From IMG/VR virus record IMGVR_UViG_3300030019_000007: 64,000 nucleotides of DNA; one strand, given 5' to 3'. The notes beneath the pieces were generated by a model that did no database searches, was not told the origin of the DNA, and saw only the letters and a program-made list of their open reading frames with translations. How positions within the stretch are numbered: the first letter of the stretch is position 1; every line of letters begins with the position of its first letter. The stretch comes from a virus (taxonomy: Duplodnaviria; Heunggongvirae; Uroviricota; Caudoviricetes). The translations under genes and the position numbers were made by a program. Below are positions 37,801 to 49,600 of this stretch, piece after piece.

Positions 37801-39317
37801 GCCCTCACTAATGTTTCTTTTCTTCTAATATCTTCATTTTTACCCCCTAGAGTAGTATCATCAAAAGATTTTTTCTTCTCAATAATATCATTTAAGTAAT
37901 CTTTAAAACTAACTAAAGCAGAGTAAGAATTTTCACTTTCTCTTTTAAAATACGCTTCTACTTCTTCTCTAATTTTATCTTTAGGAGCAGAAATATATTT
38001 TCTGGCAGTAATATCAAAGAAAGCTAATTTATTAGGGTCACGAATATCAGATTTAACTTTATTTGGATCTTTCATAAATTCATCAACATTAGATTTAGAG
38101 ATTTTCATCTTTAAATTATAGTTAAATGCTGATTTTAACTGTTCTGTGACATTTGTAGAAGCAGATTGTGATTCATAAAAAGCAGAGTTGTCTACTTTTA
38201 CAATTTGATTAATATTATAATTCATTTGAGGAGACATATCACTATCAGCAATCTCCGCAATCTTATATGGTGTAACACTAGAGATGGTTTGTCTTTCAAA
38301 GTCAATATCATCCATAGTTAATGGTATAATGTATTTACCTTTAACATTTATACCTTTATTTCTTAACATATTGGCATAAGTACCTAATTGATACTTAAAT
38401 GTAGTTACTTTTCCTGAATTCCAGGATTGGGGATCTTTATAAGAAGTTTTATAGTCATATATATGAGCTTTACCCTCAGAATCTATAACAAGTAAGTCAA
38501 TTACCCCTACTAATTTAGATGCTTCGTCATATACTTTGTATTCTGGAAGAATTACACAGTCTTCCCCATGTTTATCTCTTAGAGTTGTTTCTAGACTCTT
38601 TAAAAAATCTAAATAGTTTACTTTACCTTGATGACCTAGGTCTCGTATATCAGCTGGAAACATAGCAGTAGTAAAGGTAGAGTCATCTGGACTTAATACA
38701 TGTTTAAAGTAAACTTCCGCAAGTTTATGTATGTTTGTTCCAATACCTGCTAGCTTTTTCCAGTTAGCTAAATCTTGTGTAATAGTACTCTCGGCTAATG
38801 CTGAGAGTTTTGTATTAAATTCCTCATCAGTAATTAAATGTCTTTTATTATCGGACTTTAGTTTAGCATACTCTAAAGATAAATCTTGAAAATGTTCTAC
38901 ACCTGCTGGATCATTTAATTGTAATTGCTTAATAATATAATCTTTTCTACTTTCTCGATAATTTTCTTCATCAAAATAGATTAAACCTTTAGTTTCCCCA
39001 GATTTAGCTACTTCATTAAGATACTTTAAAACAGATTTATACCATTTACTTTTAGGAGTAACAAGTTTCTCTCCCATATCAGTAATAGCAGTAGTAACTT
39101 CTGGACCTTTGTGAGATATATTCATAAGTTTAGTTACTGTTTTCTGAGTAGGAGTATCTTCCTCATCATTTAAAACTTTAGAATATTCTATATCAGAGAT
39201 TTCCCTCCCTGATGATAGAATATCATAATGTTTTTCTAAAAATTTGTTTAACTCTATTTCTGAGTTAAATTCTATGTTTTTACCTTTGAAATTTAAATTA
39301 AATTTACATTTTCCCAT
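34875..39317 (-). CDS. giant putative virion cargo protein with a PD-(D/E)XK nuclease domain (1480 aa)
   Basis: GTNIHKLAE...GVIDLL...IYDYKTS...QLGTY; hydrophobic C-terminus. Confidence 0.75.
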   Translation of the reverse strand: MGKCKFNLNFKGKNIEFNSEIELNKFLEKHYDILSSGREISDIEYSKVLNDEEDTPTQKTVTKLMNISHKGPEVTTAITDMGEKLVTPKSKWYKSVLKYLNEVAKSGETKGLIYFDEENYRESRKDYIIKQLQLNDPAGVEHFQDLSLEYAKLKSDNKRHLITDEEFNTKLSALAESTITQDLANWKKLAGIGTNIHKLAEVYFKHVLSPDDSTFTTAMFPADIRDLGHQGKVNYLDFLKSLETTLRDKHGEDCVILPEYKVYDEASKLVGVIDLLVIDSEGKAHIYDYKTSYKDPQSWNSGKVTTFKYQLGTYANMLRNKGINVKGKYIIPLTMDDIDFERQTISSVTPYKIAEIADSDMSPQMNYNINQIVKVDNSAFYESQSASTNVTEQLKSAFNYNLKMKISKSNVDEFMKDPNKVKSDIRDPNKLAFFDITARKYISAPKDKIREEVEAYFKRESENSYSALVSFKDYLNDIIEKKKSFDDTTLGGKNEDIRRKETLVRAFSKYVGGDWSLIMNDGALDSLGILMFVNNNTKTAEFVSYTVNRLNNKVKLSTGNSILGNFTSDVIAEREPNLLAATNGNIELMKTLFYINDNIDVFTAKNYNIGRIMSFNPVDSSFYTQNSDKLMFNFDYITKKMKIDNNISNIPMASKTDLLLSRFATLMQEDSFTDKTKSKIERFITVLGDKRGTGKLIALRQIEQELRDVVMKQGNINDINKFTTPEEKLYGMVNDAIVYEGGIPLTFEQDISYITAQATNPTSMPSKNLLSLVELTKAAMNQIKINQSKFKEGSKGIVDEFLKNQGFTYARIKTIGDQANAYKNLFVQTDGDIDSRLILKNPYDPTSKLSPEERKFSIYFLDKINKLRYGTSDPTSEVGLQKQDTQEWFQVPLLRGSAVTKMINKNVTSGIKEWYNGLLNINNIFDQDKTQLDRYANGMFEMFNSFEFHSDMEGRNKLIQEETLGAFETNLETVLDTFVFAYNRQEEYNKILPVVNALKVAMSWQAFELNIEIPNTETFIKEYVKSSIYSDNSILPGIEALHQGMNAIKQVASIANIGLNPITGVMALFQGQWGNLTRLMSRSYGENMFNKSEYFSAIKFMTGLSQSVDNHGLADALNMEYGLNNMDVNMLPELMTRNRGGLLGFRSGGMYWTSSAPDYFNRMLIFTAQMKHDGCFDAHSVVDGKMVYDFKKDKRFDVFAEGKTSNPKYGEQKALYDVMRSDFNKFGENIAEGEALPRAYTLKQRESMKMFADGIHGYYDHETKIMFNNNIVGMMFLQFKRWLTSKKDQYILKPGSYAQGDYVDLEVDGVKYYVDSNGEHTTTNTGTPIKVWKGKYMEGILISMAHMFTEVTHSENKIDTFWNLLKDRPERTANMKLLAWDMGIVSCLLAIAGLIDWPTVQKDDEYAAAIYKAILRSGNDLNVFSLVGTGLSAEPFAALSYGKDVKDSFLKATSGSESVGKAITSNIGFARPFAPLFTNN

Positions 39318-39326
39318 CGATTCTTA

Positions 39327-42300
39327 TTATTTAAAGCATATTGACGTTAATGTTTCATCTTTCATTAATTCAGCATGCAAGTTTTTTATTTTTCTACTAA
39401 CCACATTATCATATTGATGTAACGCGTGATTAAATTTACCCTCTAATAAGTTATCTCCAAATCTATTTAATAATTGATCTAAGGATAGATTCATAAAATC
39501 TTTATCACTGTAATCTAGTATTTTAGGAGAATTAAAAGTATCTGAGAATATTTTCTTTACAAAGTTAAGAATTTTTTGGAATAATCCAGTATTTTCATCG
39601 TTCCACTGTTTGGTATACTTATTTTTATCTAAATTACCTCTATAGTGTTCCCCAAAAAGAGTAGCAAATACTTCTTCATCTAAAGTATCTTTAGGTCTTC
39701 CAGGATAAGATTTTGCTATATTATCATAATCTGGATGAGATTCTACAGAAGCAATCATTTCCTTATATAGGTCTAAATTTCGAGACTTAATACTACTTAA
39801 TACTAAGTGTGCCATCTCATGTAAAGGTTCGGCAGATGAAGCCAAATCAAGGTTAATATAGATTTTACCATCGGAGATGAACGCCCGTTCTTTTGAAGGA
39901 GTTCCCTCAACAGTACTATTAAACCTCTCTGCAATTTCATCTGATCTTAATAATTCAATATCAACATCATACATAGATTTTAATAAATCACTAACTTGTT
40001 CTATTTTAGCAGACCCATCTCTACTCTTTGTAAAAGCAGTAGTTTCTCTAGAAAATCTAGCTGAAGCTTTTCTAGGTTTAGGCTGAGTAGTTGCTTCCGG
40101 AGTAGTAGGAGAATCTTCCCTTGAGGTTTTTAGACTATCTATAAGTTGTTTTGTGCCTTTCATTCCTCTTCCTTTTTTCTCAAACTTAATGGCATTAATT
40201 CCAGGATATTCTACTACAGCTTCTTCTCCTGCTTTAGGAAATTTTCTTAAAACAGTTGCATTAGAGAATGTTAACATTTTACTTTCTTCCTTATTATCAA
40301 AACGAAGTATATTTAAACTTCCTTTATTTTTCTTGATAATAATTCCATCCATGTATATTTTTTTTCCTTGATAATCCCAAGTTTCTGTAATAATATCTCC
40401 TACTTTTAAACTATCGTGAATTTTTCCTTTAACTCTATATGGATACCATAATTCATCATACCCAGATTGACCTTCAGTATAGAATTTACCATTTTTTTCT
40501 ACGGCATATTTCATTTGTGTAACTCCTTCTGGAAGTTTGTCATATACCTTATCCAAGTATTTTTCACTAACAGCCCAGGTAGCTTTACCATTTTTTTCAC
40601 CGTATATAGCATCTTTTACTTGTCTTACTTTGGCAAATCCTGCTGTAGTGGCTTCTTCTGGGGTAAAAAACTTAGGAGTTTTAAATGCTTTGAATTTCTC
40701 TTGATAATTCTTAATAGTATCTAACATATCTTGATTACCGTGAACTTCATTTTCTGCATCTGGTTTAATATTGATACCCAAAGCTCTAATATTCTCTAAT
40801 TGAATAGGGTATACTTTATAACCAGGTTTTGTAGTAAACTCTTTACCAGAGGTAAATTGTTTATTGTAAGAGCCAGTAAAAGTCACACATAAAGGAAGTC
40901 CTTCCTCATTGACATCTGTGATTACATGCCATTTTTCTATGTCTTTTCCAGATTTATCAGTAAATACTTTACCTTTAAGTATATCTCCACGAGTTAATTT
41001 GGAGACTGCGTCTTTTAATTCTCCAGAATTATTTGGATCATAATCAGAGTACTCAGTTAAGTAATATTCTTCTTGTAATTCAGTAGATTCCTTAGCTTTT
41101 AAAGCTTTAATCCTATTTTCACTTCTATAATCTTTATCATCAAAGATTTCTTGATATTTTTTCTTTTTAACATCAAAAGCATCAAATAATTTAGCTTCAC
41201 TAATATTGTTATGGGCAATTGCAGCAAGACTTGATTCATCTCCAAATGATTTTGAAATATTCACATGCATAATATTACCTTCTTTTCCATAAAAATAAAC
41301 GGTATTAGCTGTAGTTGCAATTACTGGATACCATCCGGAAACAGGTTTTGCAATTTTAGTAACTTTATCTTTAATATTCCAAGCAACCTTAATTAAATCT
41401 CCAGTTTTTAAATTTTCTATAAGTCTTCTTCTTCTTCCTAATACTTCTTTAAAAGCATCTTTAGTGGCTTGAGTTTGTGTTAAAGGTTTAGGACCAAAAC
41501 TATAATAATCTTTTGTTTGAGAAGTATTAGTCTCAGGGTTATACTGATCTAAATACTCTGTTTTAAACATATTATTAATAGTTTTTTCACCAGCAGTATC
41601 TTCTACATAAAAATAACTTTTAACATCAACAGTTTTACCTTCTTTATCTAAAAGGGCCTTAAATTCTGGATGATTTTCATTCTGATAAATGATTTCTCTT
41701 AAATCATTTAATCCTACATACTGTACTTTACCAGCAGTTGACACTATTTCAAGTGAATTGGCTAATTTTCTAAGTACTATACCACGAAAAGGAGAATATT
41801 TTTTATTTTTTGAAGTAAATAAAACTTTAACAACATCTCCTGTGACAATTCCATCAAATAGAGTTTGAGCGGCTTCTCCATTAGTAAAAGCAAATCCCAT
41901 ACTATTTTTATTAGAAGGAATAAACTTTTCATAAGATTCTTCATCTCCATTTTCATTCTTATACTTAGATTTAAAACTACGTAAAACAGATTCTGGATCC
42001 ATACCTGTTTCTGGATCTGGATAATAAGAAATTAGTTTATCAAAAGCTGTTTTAACTAATTTAGGATCATGATGTTGTTCTTTTAAGTCTCCCTCATAAT
42101 ATCTATAACCGGTTACATATTTCCCCTCAATATCATAGTTATTAGCTCCATCAGCTGATGGAACTCTAACCATCATTACTCCATTTTTACGAAAAGTTTT
42201 AATAATTGGTCTAAAAGAAGATCCAGCAAATTTCTTTTCAGTGGGTTCTACATGTTCCCATGATTTAGAAGATTTATCAAATCTTAAACTCATAGGAAGA

Positions 42301-43688
42301 AGGACCAAGTCATTTTGTCTCAGTCTTTGTAATTGTACATCAGAACTTGTTTCTGACATCTCATAAGTTTTGCTATAATTAGTATTAAACTTATGATATT
42401 TATCAGTTTGTTGTAATTCTTTAGTATTATCAATAAATCTATCTCTAACTTTATTAGATTGTTCTACATAACCTGTTCTATCATATCTTTCTGGGTCAAT
42501 AGTGGCACGTACAAGAGAAGCAGTGGATTCATGACCAAAAGGAGAATTTGTAGATTCTAAAAAATCTCCCTCTTTTAAAGTTATTGAATCTCCATTATAA
42601 CTTGTTGCAGTAATTTCTGAAGGAGTTACCTTATCAATAGTAACTAATAGTGCATATGAAGGGTCAATATTTCTAATATAAAAACTCTCTCCCTCTTTAA
42701 TTTTAGGATCAATCGGGAACATTCCAGGAGTTTTTATTTCTATAATAGAACCATCGTTGATTCCCTTATCTAAATATTGTTGCATAGAAACAGGTTCTTC
42801 TCTTACTTCATTATTACTATATCTTTGAAAAACATTATTTAATGACTGTACAGAACCTTGTCTATTTTGAACTTCTTTAATTAATGCATCTAAAATAGGG
42901 ATAGGTTGACCTTTTTCTACATCATTTGCAAATTTTTGAAAATCTGAATTAGTAAGAGCATAAGCTAAAATTTCTTCTAATTTACTATCTCCTTCTTTTC
43001 TTGCAATAGCTTTAAGTACTCCATTCATAGCAGGATAAGCAGTTTCTAATTGTTTTCCTCCTTTACCCCATTTAGCTTTAATTAAATCATAACCATTTAG
43101 TAATAAATCTCTTATCTTACCATCTTTATAGATACCATCACTCAAATACTTATGAATTAATTCATGAGAGAGTAATTCTATCTTTTCAGGAGAATTTATA
43201 CTTTCTTTCTCCCCAACATGTATATAAATATGTCCAGTAGTATTATCAAAGAAACCTTGTGCAGTACCTCCATTGGTTGTACGTATAGGTTGTGATAAAA
43301 AAGAAATTTCCCTCCCATCATCTGAGAGAGTTCTAGTAATAAAACTAGCTAATGGAGAAGTATTTGTACCTCTCTCATTAAGCAAGTTTATCACATCAAT
43401 ATTATTTTGATTTGGTGGTAACGGATTACCAATTAAATCATTTAATGGTACAGCTGCAGTATATGTATATTTTGTTTCTGTTTTTGCTTTATTTTCAGCT
43501 AAAAGAGTAGAACTAAAATGTTTAAGAGCAGTTGGGTCCAATAGACTAACTACTTTCATAAGGTCATCTACTGTATCTATGTGTGTTGATTTTCCTTCTT
43601 TGGCCCTTTGTGCCATATAATCGTCTAAAGGGAGATCGCCTATTTTGTAGACGATCCCATTTATAGTAAAATTTACTGTACAACTCAT
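39327..43688 (-). CDS. giant putative virion cargo protein with two zincin-like HExxH domains (1453 aa)
   Basis: HELIH...EEILAY and HEMAH...EEVFATLFG. Confidence 0.72.
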   Translation of the reverse strand: MSCTVNFTINGIVYKIGDLPLDDYMAQRAKEGKSTHIDTVDDLMKVVSLLDPTALKHFSSTLLAENKAKTETKYTYTAAVPLNDLIGNPLPPNQNNIDVINLLNERGTNTSPLASFITRTLSDDGREISFLSQPIRTTNGGTAQGFFDNTTGHIYIHVGEKESINSPEKIELLSHELIHKYLSDGIYKDGKIRDLLLNGYDLIKAKWGKGGKQLETAYPAMNGVLKAIARKEGDSKLEEILAYALTNSDFQKFANDVEKGQPIPILDALIKEVQNRQGSVQSLNNVFQRYSNNEVREEPVSMQQYLDKGINDGSIIEIKTPGMFPIDPKIKEGESFYIRNIDPSYALLVTIDKVTPSEITATSYNGDSITLKEGDFLESTNSPFGHESTASLVRATIDPERYDRTGYVEQSNKVRDRFIDNTKELQQTDKYHKFNTNYSKTYEMSETSSDVQLQRLRQNDLVLLPMSLRFDKSSKSWEHVEPTEKKFAGSSFRPIIKTFRKNGVMMVRVPSADGANNYDIEGKYVTGYRYYEGDLKEQHHDPKLVKTAFDKLISYYPDPETGMDPESVLRSFKSKYKNENGDEESYEKFIPSNKNSMGFAFTNGEAAQTLFDGIVTGDVVKVLFTSKNKKYSPFRGIVLRKLANSLEIVSTAGKVQYVGLNDLREIIYQNENHPEFKALLDKEGKTVDVKSYFYVEDTAGEKTINNMFKTEYLDQYNPETNTSQTKDYYSFGPKPLTQTQATKDAFKEVLGRRRRLIENLKTGDLIKVAWNIKDKVTKIAKPVSGWYPVIATTANTVYFYGKEGNIMHVNISKSFGDESSLAAIAHNNISEAKLFDAFDVKKKKYQEIFDDKDYRSENRIKALKAKESTELQEEYYLTEYSDYDPNNSGELKDAVSKLTRGDILKGKVFTDKSGKDIEKWHVITDVNEEGLPLCVTFTGSYNKQFTSGKEFTTKPGYKVYPIQLENIRALGINIKPDAENEVHGNQDMLDTIKNYQEKFKAFKTPKFFTPEEATTAGFAKVRQVKDAIYGEKNGKATWAVSEKYLDKVYDKLPEGVTQMKYAVEKNGKFYTEGQSGYDELWYPYRVKGKIHDSLKVGDIITETWDYQGKKIYMDGIIIKKNKGSLNILRFDNKEESKMLTFSNATVLRKFPKAGEEAVVEYPGINAIKFEKKGRGMKGTKQLIDSLKTSREDSPTTPEATTQPKPRKASARFSRETTAFTKSRDGSAKIEQVSDLLKSMYDVDIELLRSDEIAERFNSTVEGTPSKERAFISDGKIYINLDLASSAEPLHEMAHLVLSSIKSRNLDLYKEMIASVESHPDYDNIAKSYPGRPKDTLDEEVFATLFGEHYRGNLDKNKYTKQWNDENTGLFQKILNFVKKIFSDTFNSPKILDYSDKDFMNLSLDQLLNRFGDNLLEGKFNHALHQYDNVVSRKIKNLHAELMKDETLTSICFK

Positions 43689-43689
43689 A

Positions 43690-46600
43690 TTAATCGCAAT
43701 TTATTTGTATGTTTTTGATATTCCTCAAAGTTAACAATTTTTCCTTGATCAAATCGTAAAGATTCGTTTTTAATTTGTTCACTTTATCAAGTGCTCTAGG
43801 AGAATCAGTACTAAAAGGCATTGCTCTTGAATCCATAAAATGAGAATATTCATCATAACTTTCAGAAGCCTCATCCCATTTATAATATTGAATTGACCTT
43901 GTGTCATCAGCATTACTTGTTACAGAATAAGCATATTTTCCTCTAAATTTATCTAATTCACTAGGGAAAATTTTCTCAGCAAATCCTTTTATGATGATCT
44001 CATCAATATCATAATCTCCTTTAGCTCCTACTTTAGATATTTCGGTTAGATTCTCATTATTATAATCCATTTTACCAATAGTATTAATAAAATCGTATAG
44101 TAATGAGTCGGTAGAGTAGTTATTATCATACTCAAATAATTTACCTAATGATTCTCTATTTACTTTGCCTTTATGTACTAAAGTATCATATAAATAAAAG
44201 AGATCTTTAACTTTCATTCTTGTTTTAGGCTCTACATCGTAAGTTAAATCATTAAATGAGAGTACATAAGAATTAAATGCTCCTCTATTATAATCATTTA
44301 CAGAAAGTATATTAATTGGAAGTTTATAGAACTGATATTCTTCTCCTGTGAGATTATCCATTTTCCAGTCAACTCTTAATGCTTGTAGAAATGAATTTTG
44401 TAAATATTTTGGATCTCTTTTAAAATCAATCATTAAATCATGGAATATATCAATAAATCCTCTTCTTCCCTCAATTGTAGAGAGATCAATTTTTACAGTA
44501 GTAGGGCCATTTTCAAAAGGAACATAATTTAATTCATTTTTATCATTAAATTTATATGCTCCATTAGCTTCATAATCAAATGAACTCTTTTCTTCTGGAA
44601 GTTGTCTCAACCACTTTAAAATTAATATATCATTACAGAAATCTGAGATTTTAATATAATTTTTATCACTAATAGTAGGTTTTCTTTCAAATTCTATCTC
44701 TCCAGTAGCCTCATTTTTAACTACTTTCTTAGCTAAGATATTATTATCAAAAATTTCCTCAATCATATTGTTAATAGAACGTGCTTTAACTGAGAGAGTA
44801 TCTTTAATATCTTCCATTAAACCAGGAACTTTAAGCATTTCTTTAAAATGAGGTGCTGTATCTATAATATCAAAGATATTAAAGGTTGCTTTTATTTTAT
44901 TGTATACAAATTTTACAACATCTCTTTCAATACCATCACTTGCCAAGTATCTTTTGAAGTTAAATCTTCCCATAGTCTCATTTAATAGTTTTTGGGCATC
45001 TAATCTTGTTATACCAAATTTATTTGCAATTTGTCCAGATAAAATTTGTTGTTTTTCTTGAGTAGTTTCTGTATCAAAAGGTTTTTTAGGGTCACCATAC
45101 ATAAACATAGCATATCTATCTAATACAAATCCATCAACTGCTTGATGAAAAGAATATTGAGTATATGGATTTGTTTTAATTCCTTGATTTGCATTTAAAA
45201 TTCTTCCTAAAGTTTTTACTTCTTCTGAATCTTTATAAATTTGGTCAAATTCATCTACTCTGCTTTGTCTATTTCCGGAAGTAGTATCCCCTACTTCTTC
45301 TAAGTATCTCTCTACAGTATCAAAATGTTTATGTATATCTTTACTAATACCTCTTATTACTGTACCAATAGATTGTCCAAATTCATCTCCAAGTTCTTCT
45401 GCAGCAAATGAATCTTCTTCTGAGAGAGCTCCTTTAGCTACTGGAGATAGATTTTCTGGAAATCCTAATTTACGTAAATCTTTAAAATACTTTTGAATTT
45501 TTTCAAATGGCACTTGTGGAATATTACCTTCACTATCGGCATCTTGTCCTGCTAATAATTTTCTAACACCTTGTACTGATAATACATCTATTGGGGGTTC
45601 TCCCTTTTTTATAGATATAAATTTTTTCTGCCAAGGAGTTAACTCCATTATTTTAGGAATATTAGTTCTAGCCCAATCTTCAATTGCAAAGAATTTATCA
45701 ATTTTATCTACTGTATTGAATAAACTTGGTCCATTAGTCCAGGCTTTTGTCGCATTTTTAACGTTATTAAATATAGTAGATTTATCATAGATATCTGTAC
45801 GTGAATTTTTTACAATCCATTTAATATCAGGAGTAATCATCATATCTGAAATTTCATTAAAAGGAACACCAAGCATAGTTAAATAAACATATACTCCAGC
45901 AGTAAGTGGACCGGCATTGATCTTTGAGAGAGCCAATTCTTTAGCATTATCTGTAGCAGCTGATAGTATAGCACTTAATACTAAACTTTGGTCATAATTT
46001 AAATTAAACTGATCTTTTGTTTCTTTAATCACTTGATCTATAGCTTCTTTAGATTCCCCTAAAAGTTCAAGTTTATTTATGACAAAATTCATAAATTTCT
46101 CTTTAGCCACTTCTTCATGTTCTGAGTTATGGTTACCAAAATTTAAGTTAGCTATTATTGGGAAAGTATGTTTTTTACCATTAATAGTAACTTCTTTATT
46201 GATAAAAGCATCCTCTAAATTATTATTGACTAATTTATTATTCCCCCAATAAGATAATACACTCCATACTTTTAATCCTACAGCTGCAATACCAATTACT
46301 TGTTTTCCAACCATATTAGCATCTTGTAATAAATACTTAAGTGCTGGATTATATGGATTTAATATCTCAGAGGAAGAACTCTTAGCCGCGGCTTCTTGTA
46401 CATCTCCTAAAGTAATAGGAGACTCAGCATGTACTTGATTTAAAGGAGAAGCAATCATATGGAACATTGAGCGAGATATTTTATTTTTCACACCATCTTC
46501 CATGGTTTTCTCATCTAATTGTTCTGAGAAATAATTATCTACACTTTCACTTATTTGGCTATATTCTTCACTAGACAATCCTGCAATATCATAAGTATCA

Positions 46601-49600
46601 ACTCTTGCTATTTTATTAAGAGCATCTACCTTTTGTCTTGTTAAAATAGGATTTAATATACTTAATCCTTCTTCAGGGGATAAAGTAATTTCTGGTTGAT
46701 GTTCTGTGAATTTTTTAGGATTTCCATCTGGTATTGGTAATCTTGTAGATAATCTAAGTTGATCTGGAGTAGAGTAATCAAACAATATAGACCATCCAAC
46801 GTATTTACCTTGTTTATTAATGGTACTTCCTAACCAAAAACCTTTATCAATATCATAATCCTCACCTTTTAACCATGTGGTAAAATGGTTTGTCATAACT
46901 GTATTAGCCTCAGTATGTAAAAATTCTACAATACGTAAAGCAGTAAAAGACTGAGGTCCCTGACCAGGGATACGTGCTGAAGTAAATTCATTAGCTATAT
47001 GAAAACTAGAATATACATGTTGAGCATTAAGTTTATTTAGTGCCAACATATCTCTTTTACCTAAATCATCATTTGGAGTGGCTCCTTTGAAGTATTTCTG
47101 TATAGTTTCTGGACTATCTACAACTACAGCATCTAAAAGTTCTCCTTTTAAACTTTTATATTTAAAAATCTGAGTTCCTTCATCTACTTTGTATTCTTTA
47201 TCTCCAAAATCATCTACTACCCAATTTTCTCCATCAATGTTCTGTACGTTAAGATCTGAAGGTAAAAAATTATCTTTATTAGCTTCATATGATAACTCAT
47301 TAAATATATACACATGATTCCCATCATTTCTTACTAAATATAAATCAGCATCGTCTGTTTTAGGCATGCTTTTAAGATTTAGACGATTTTCTATATATTC
47401 AGGAGTCACATCATCTAATGATAGACCTTCTGGAAGTCCAAATTTACTTCTATAGATATGTGGGCCTAAAGCTTCTCCAGGAATAGTATTTACCTCAGAA
47501 ACTTCTACCCATTTACCATCTATCATTATTCTAGAGTTTTTATCAAGTTCTCTGTAGATATTTCTCATTCTATTTTTAAATATCTGTGAAATTTTATTCC
47601 CTTGAGATTTAAATGATAGTGGATTAGACATAAGTAATTTTAAAGCCTCTGGAGTATAAGATTTAGAAAGAATTTCTGTAAATAGTTGTGAATCAAAATC
47701 TTTACTAGCCATTAAAGCTTTAATATTCTTTACTTTCTGAACATCATTTATTTGAGCATTATCAATTATTTTTTGGATATCTAAAAATGACATAACTACT
47801 CCAAAGTCTTTAGTTTCAAAAATAGTCATAGATTGCCCTTTCCCAGGAATGTTAAATTTAACCTCTTCTGGTTTTAGATCTCTGGCCATACCATACATTT
47901 TCATCACATCGTCACCTAAATTAGCTTTTTTAAAGGCTCTTAATTTATAAGTAGTATCTAAATAGATGTTTACTCCATCTTTTCCAGTAACCCAGTCAAA
48001 TAAAGACGCATCATCTGCTTTCATAGCAACTGAGGAGATTTGACTCTTGTATTTATTACGGAAAACATCAGAGGTAACTGTTCTTATATTAGTAACTCCA
48101 TTATTATCAACTGTAGGAATATCATACACTTGTACTATACCTCCTGAAGGCTTAATAACCGCAGACATCCCAGGATGTTTTCTTTTTATAGCACTTTTAT
48201 TTAGATTATTAGAGAGAAGTGAGACAAATGAGTTGTATAAATTAGAACTAAATGGCATTTTTGCTCCCATTTCTAATAAAGAATTCATTTTATCGGAATC
48301 ACCTTCCTCCTCTGCTAAATTTCTAAGAGCTTCTGTTTGAATTTCTTCTTTTGCAACTGGTAAAGCAGAAGCAGAATTAATCATATCTCTTTTTGCAAGA
48401 CTTGCAATAAATCCAGCAATAGATTGTTGATCTTTTGATTCAAAGGTTTTTACTAAAAATTTAGTAACTTCTTTGTATAGTTTATCTTTATTTTTAAATT
48501 GTTTAAACTCATCAATACCATTAATAAGTTTTTGAAGTTTTACTCCAACTAATTTGCCTAAAGAAGAATATGCATCATTAGCAATAGAATAAGTTTCTCC
48601 GTTAAAAATAAGAGCAGACACAATCTGACTCATCTCTGTTAACTCTGAATTTTCTACGTGATGCTCATAGTCTAATAATAGACCAGTAGATAAGATAGAA
48701 ACTTTAGAATGTACCATAGGATTCTCAGCATCTCTTATAGAAAAAGCTCTATCTACTGATTGAATAGATTGTGCTCCTGCCTTTTGAGCTGAAGAGAAAA
48801 CAAATTTACCAATAAAGTTATCTTTTAAAGGTTGCCATACTTCATTTTGTGTTGGAATTTTTCCTACACGAGTTTTATCAAATTTCCTAGTAGGCATCCA
48901 TTCCATAATTTGACTATCAGTTAAATTATATCTTTCTTTAAGATATCTTTTTCCTTTTTCATCTTGCCATACTCCAACTCTATTCATTACCTCAGCTAAA
49001 GCATAATGAGAAGTATCAGAATAAGAATAGGATGCCTGAATAGCTCCATCTGGATTATAAGATACTGAATTTTCAGCTCCTAGATTCTGCCACAGATCAA
49101 ATAATGTATTAATAGGTGTTGGAGGAGTATCTATAGTCTCTCCTGTAATTGTATTTTTAATTGAAAAGATATAATTAGGACTTAAAGCATCTTCCAGGGC
49201 TCTTTTTCCTCCAGTAATAGTCTGTTCATGAGCCATTTTAGTAACTTGAAAAACAGTGTTATCTTTATAGTAAAATAGTCCATCAGGGGCTATAGTATTA
49301 ATAGTGATAGGTCTTCCATTAAAATCTGTTAATAAATTTGGTCTAAATTCCACACCATTTGGTAAAGTTGAGGTAAATGGTATTCCATAAGCATTTGAAT
49401 ATAAATTTCTTAAATCAAATCTTCCATTAACACTTCTACGAGTCCATTCATTAGTAGCTCCGAATTCAGCATGTTTCATTAAACCAAATGAGTTATAATA
49501 TGGATCCATACTAAATCCTAAAGTTTTCATGTTATGCCCTACTTTATTATCTAATAAAGCATTATTTTGCATGATCATTTGTGCCATAGGTACAATAGAT

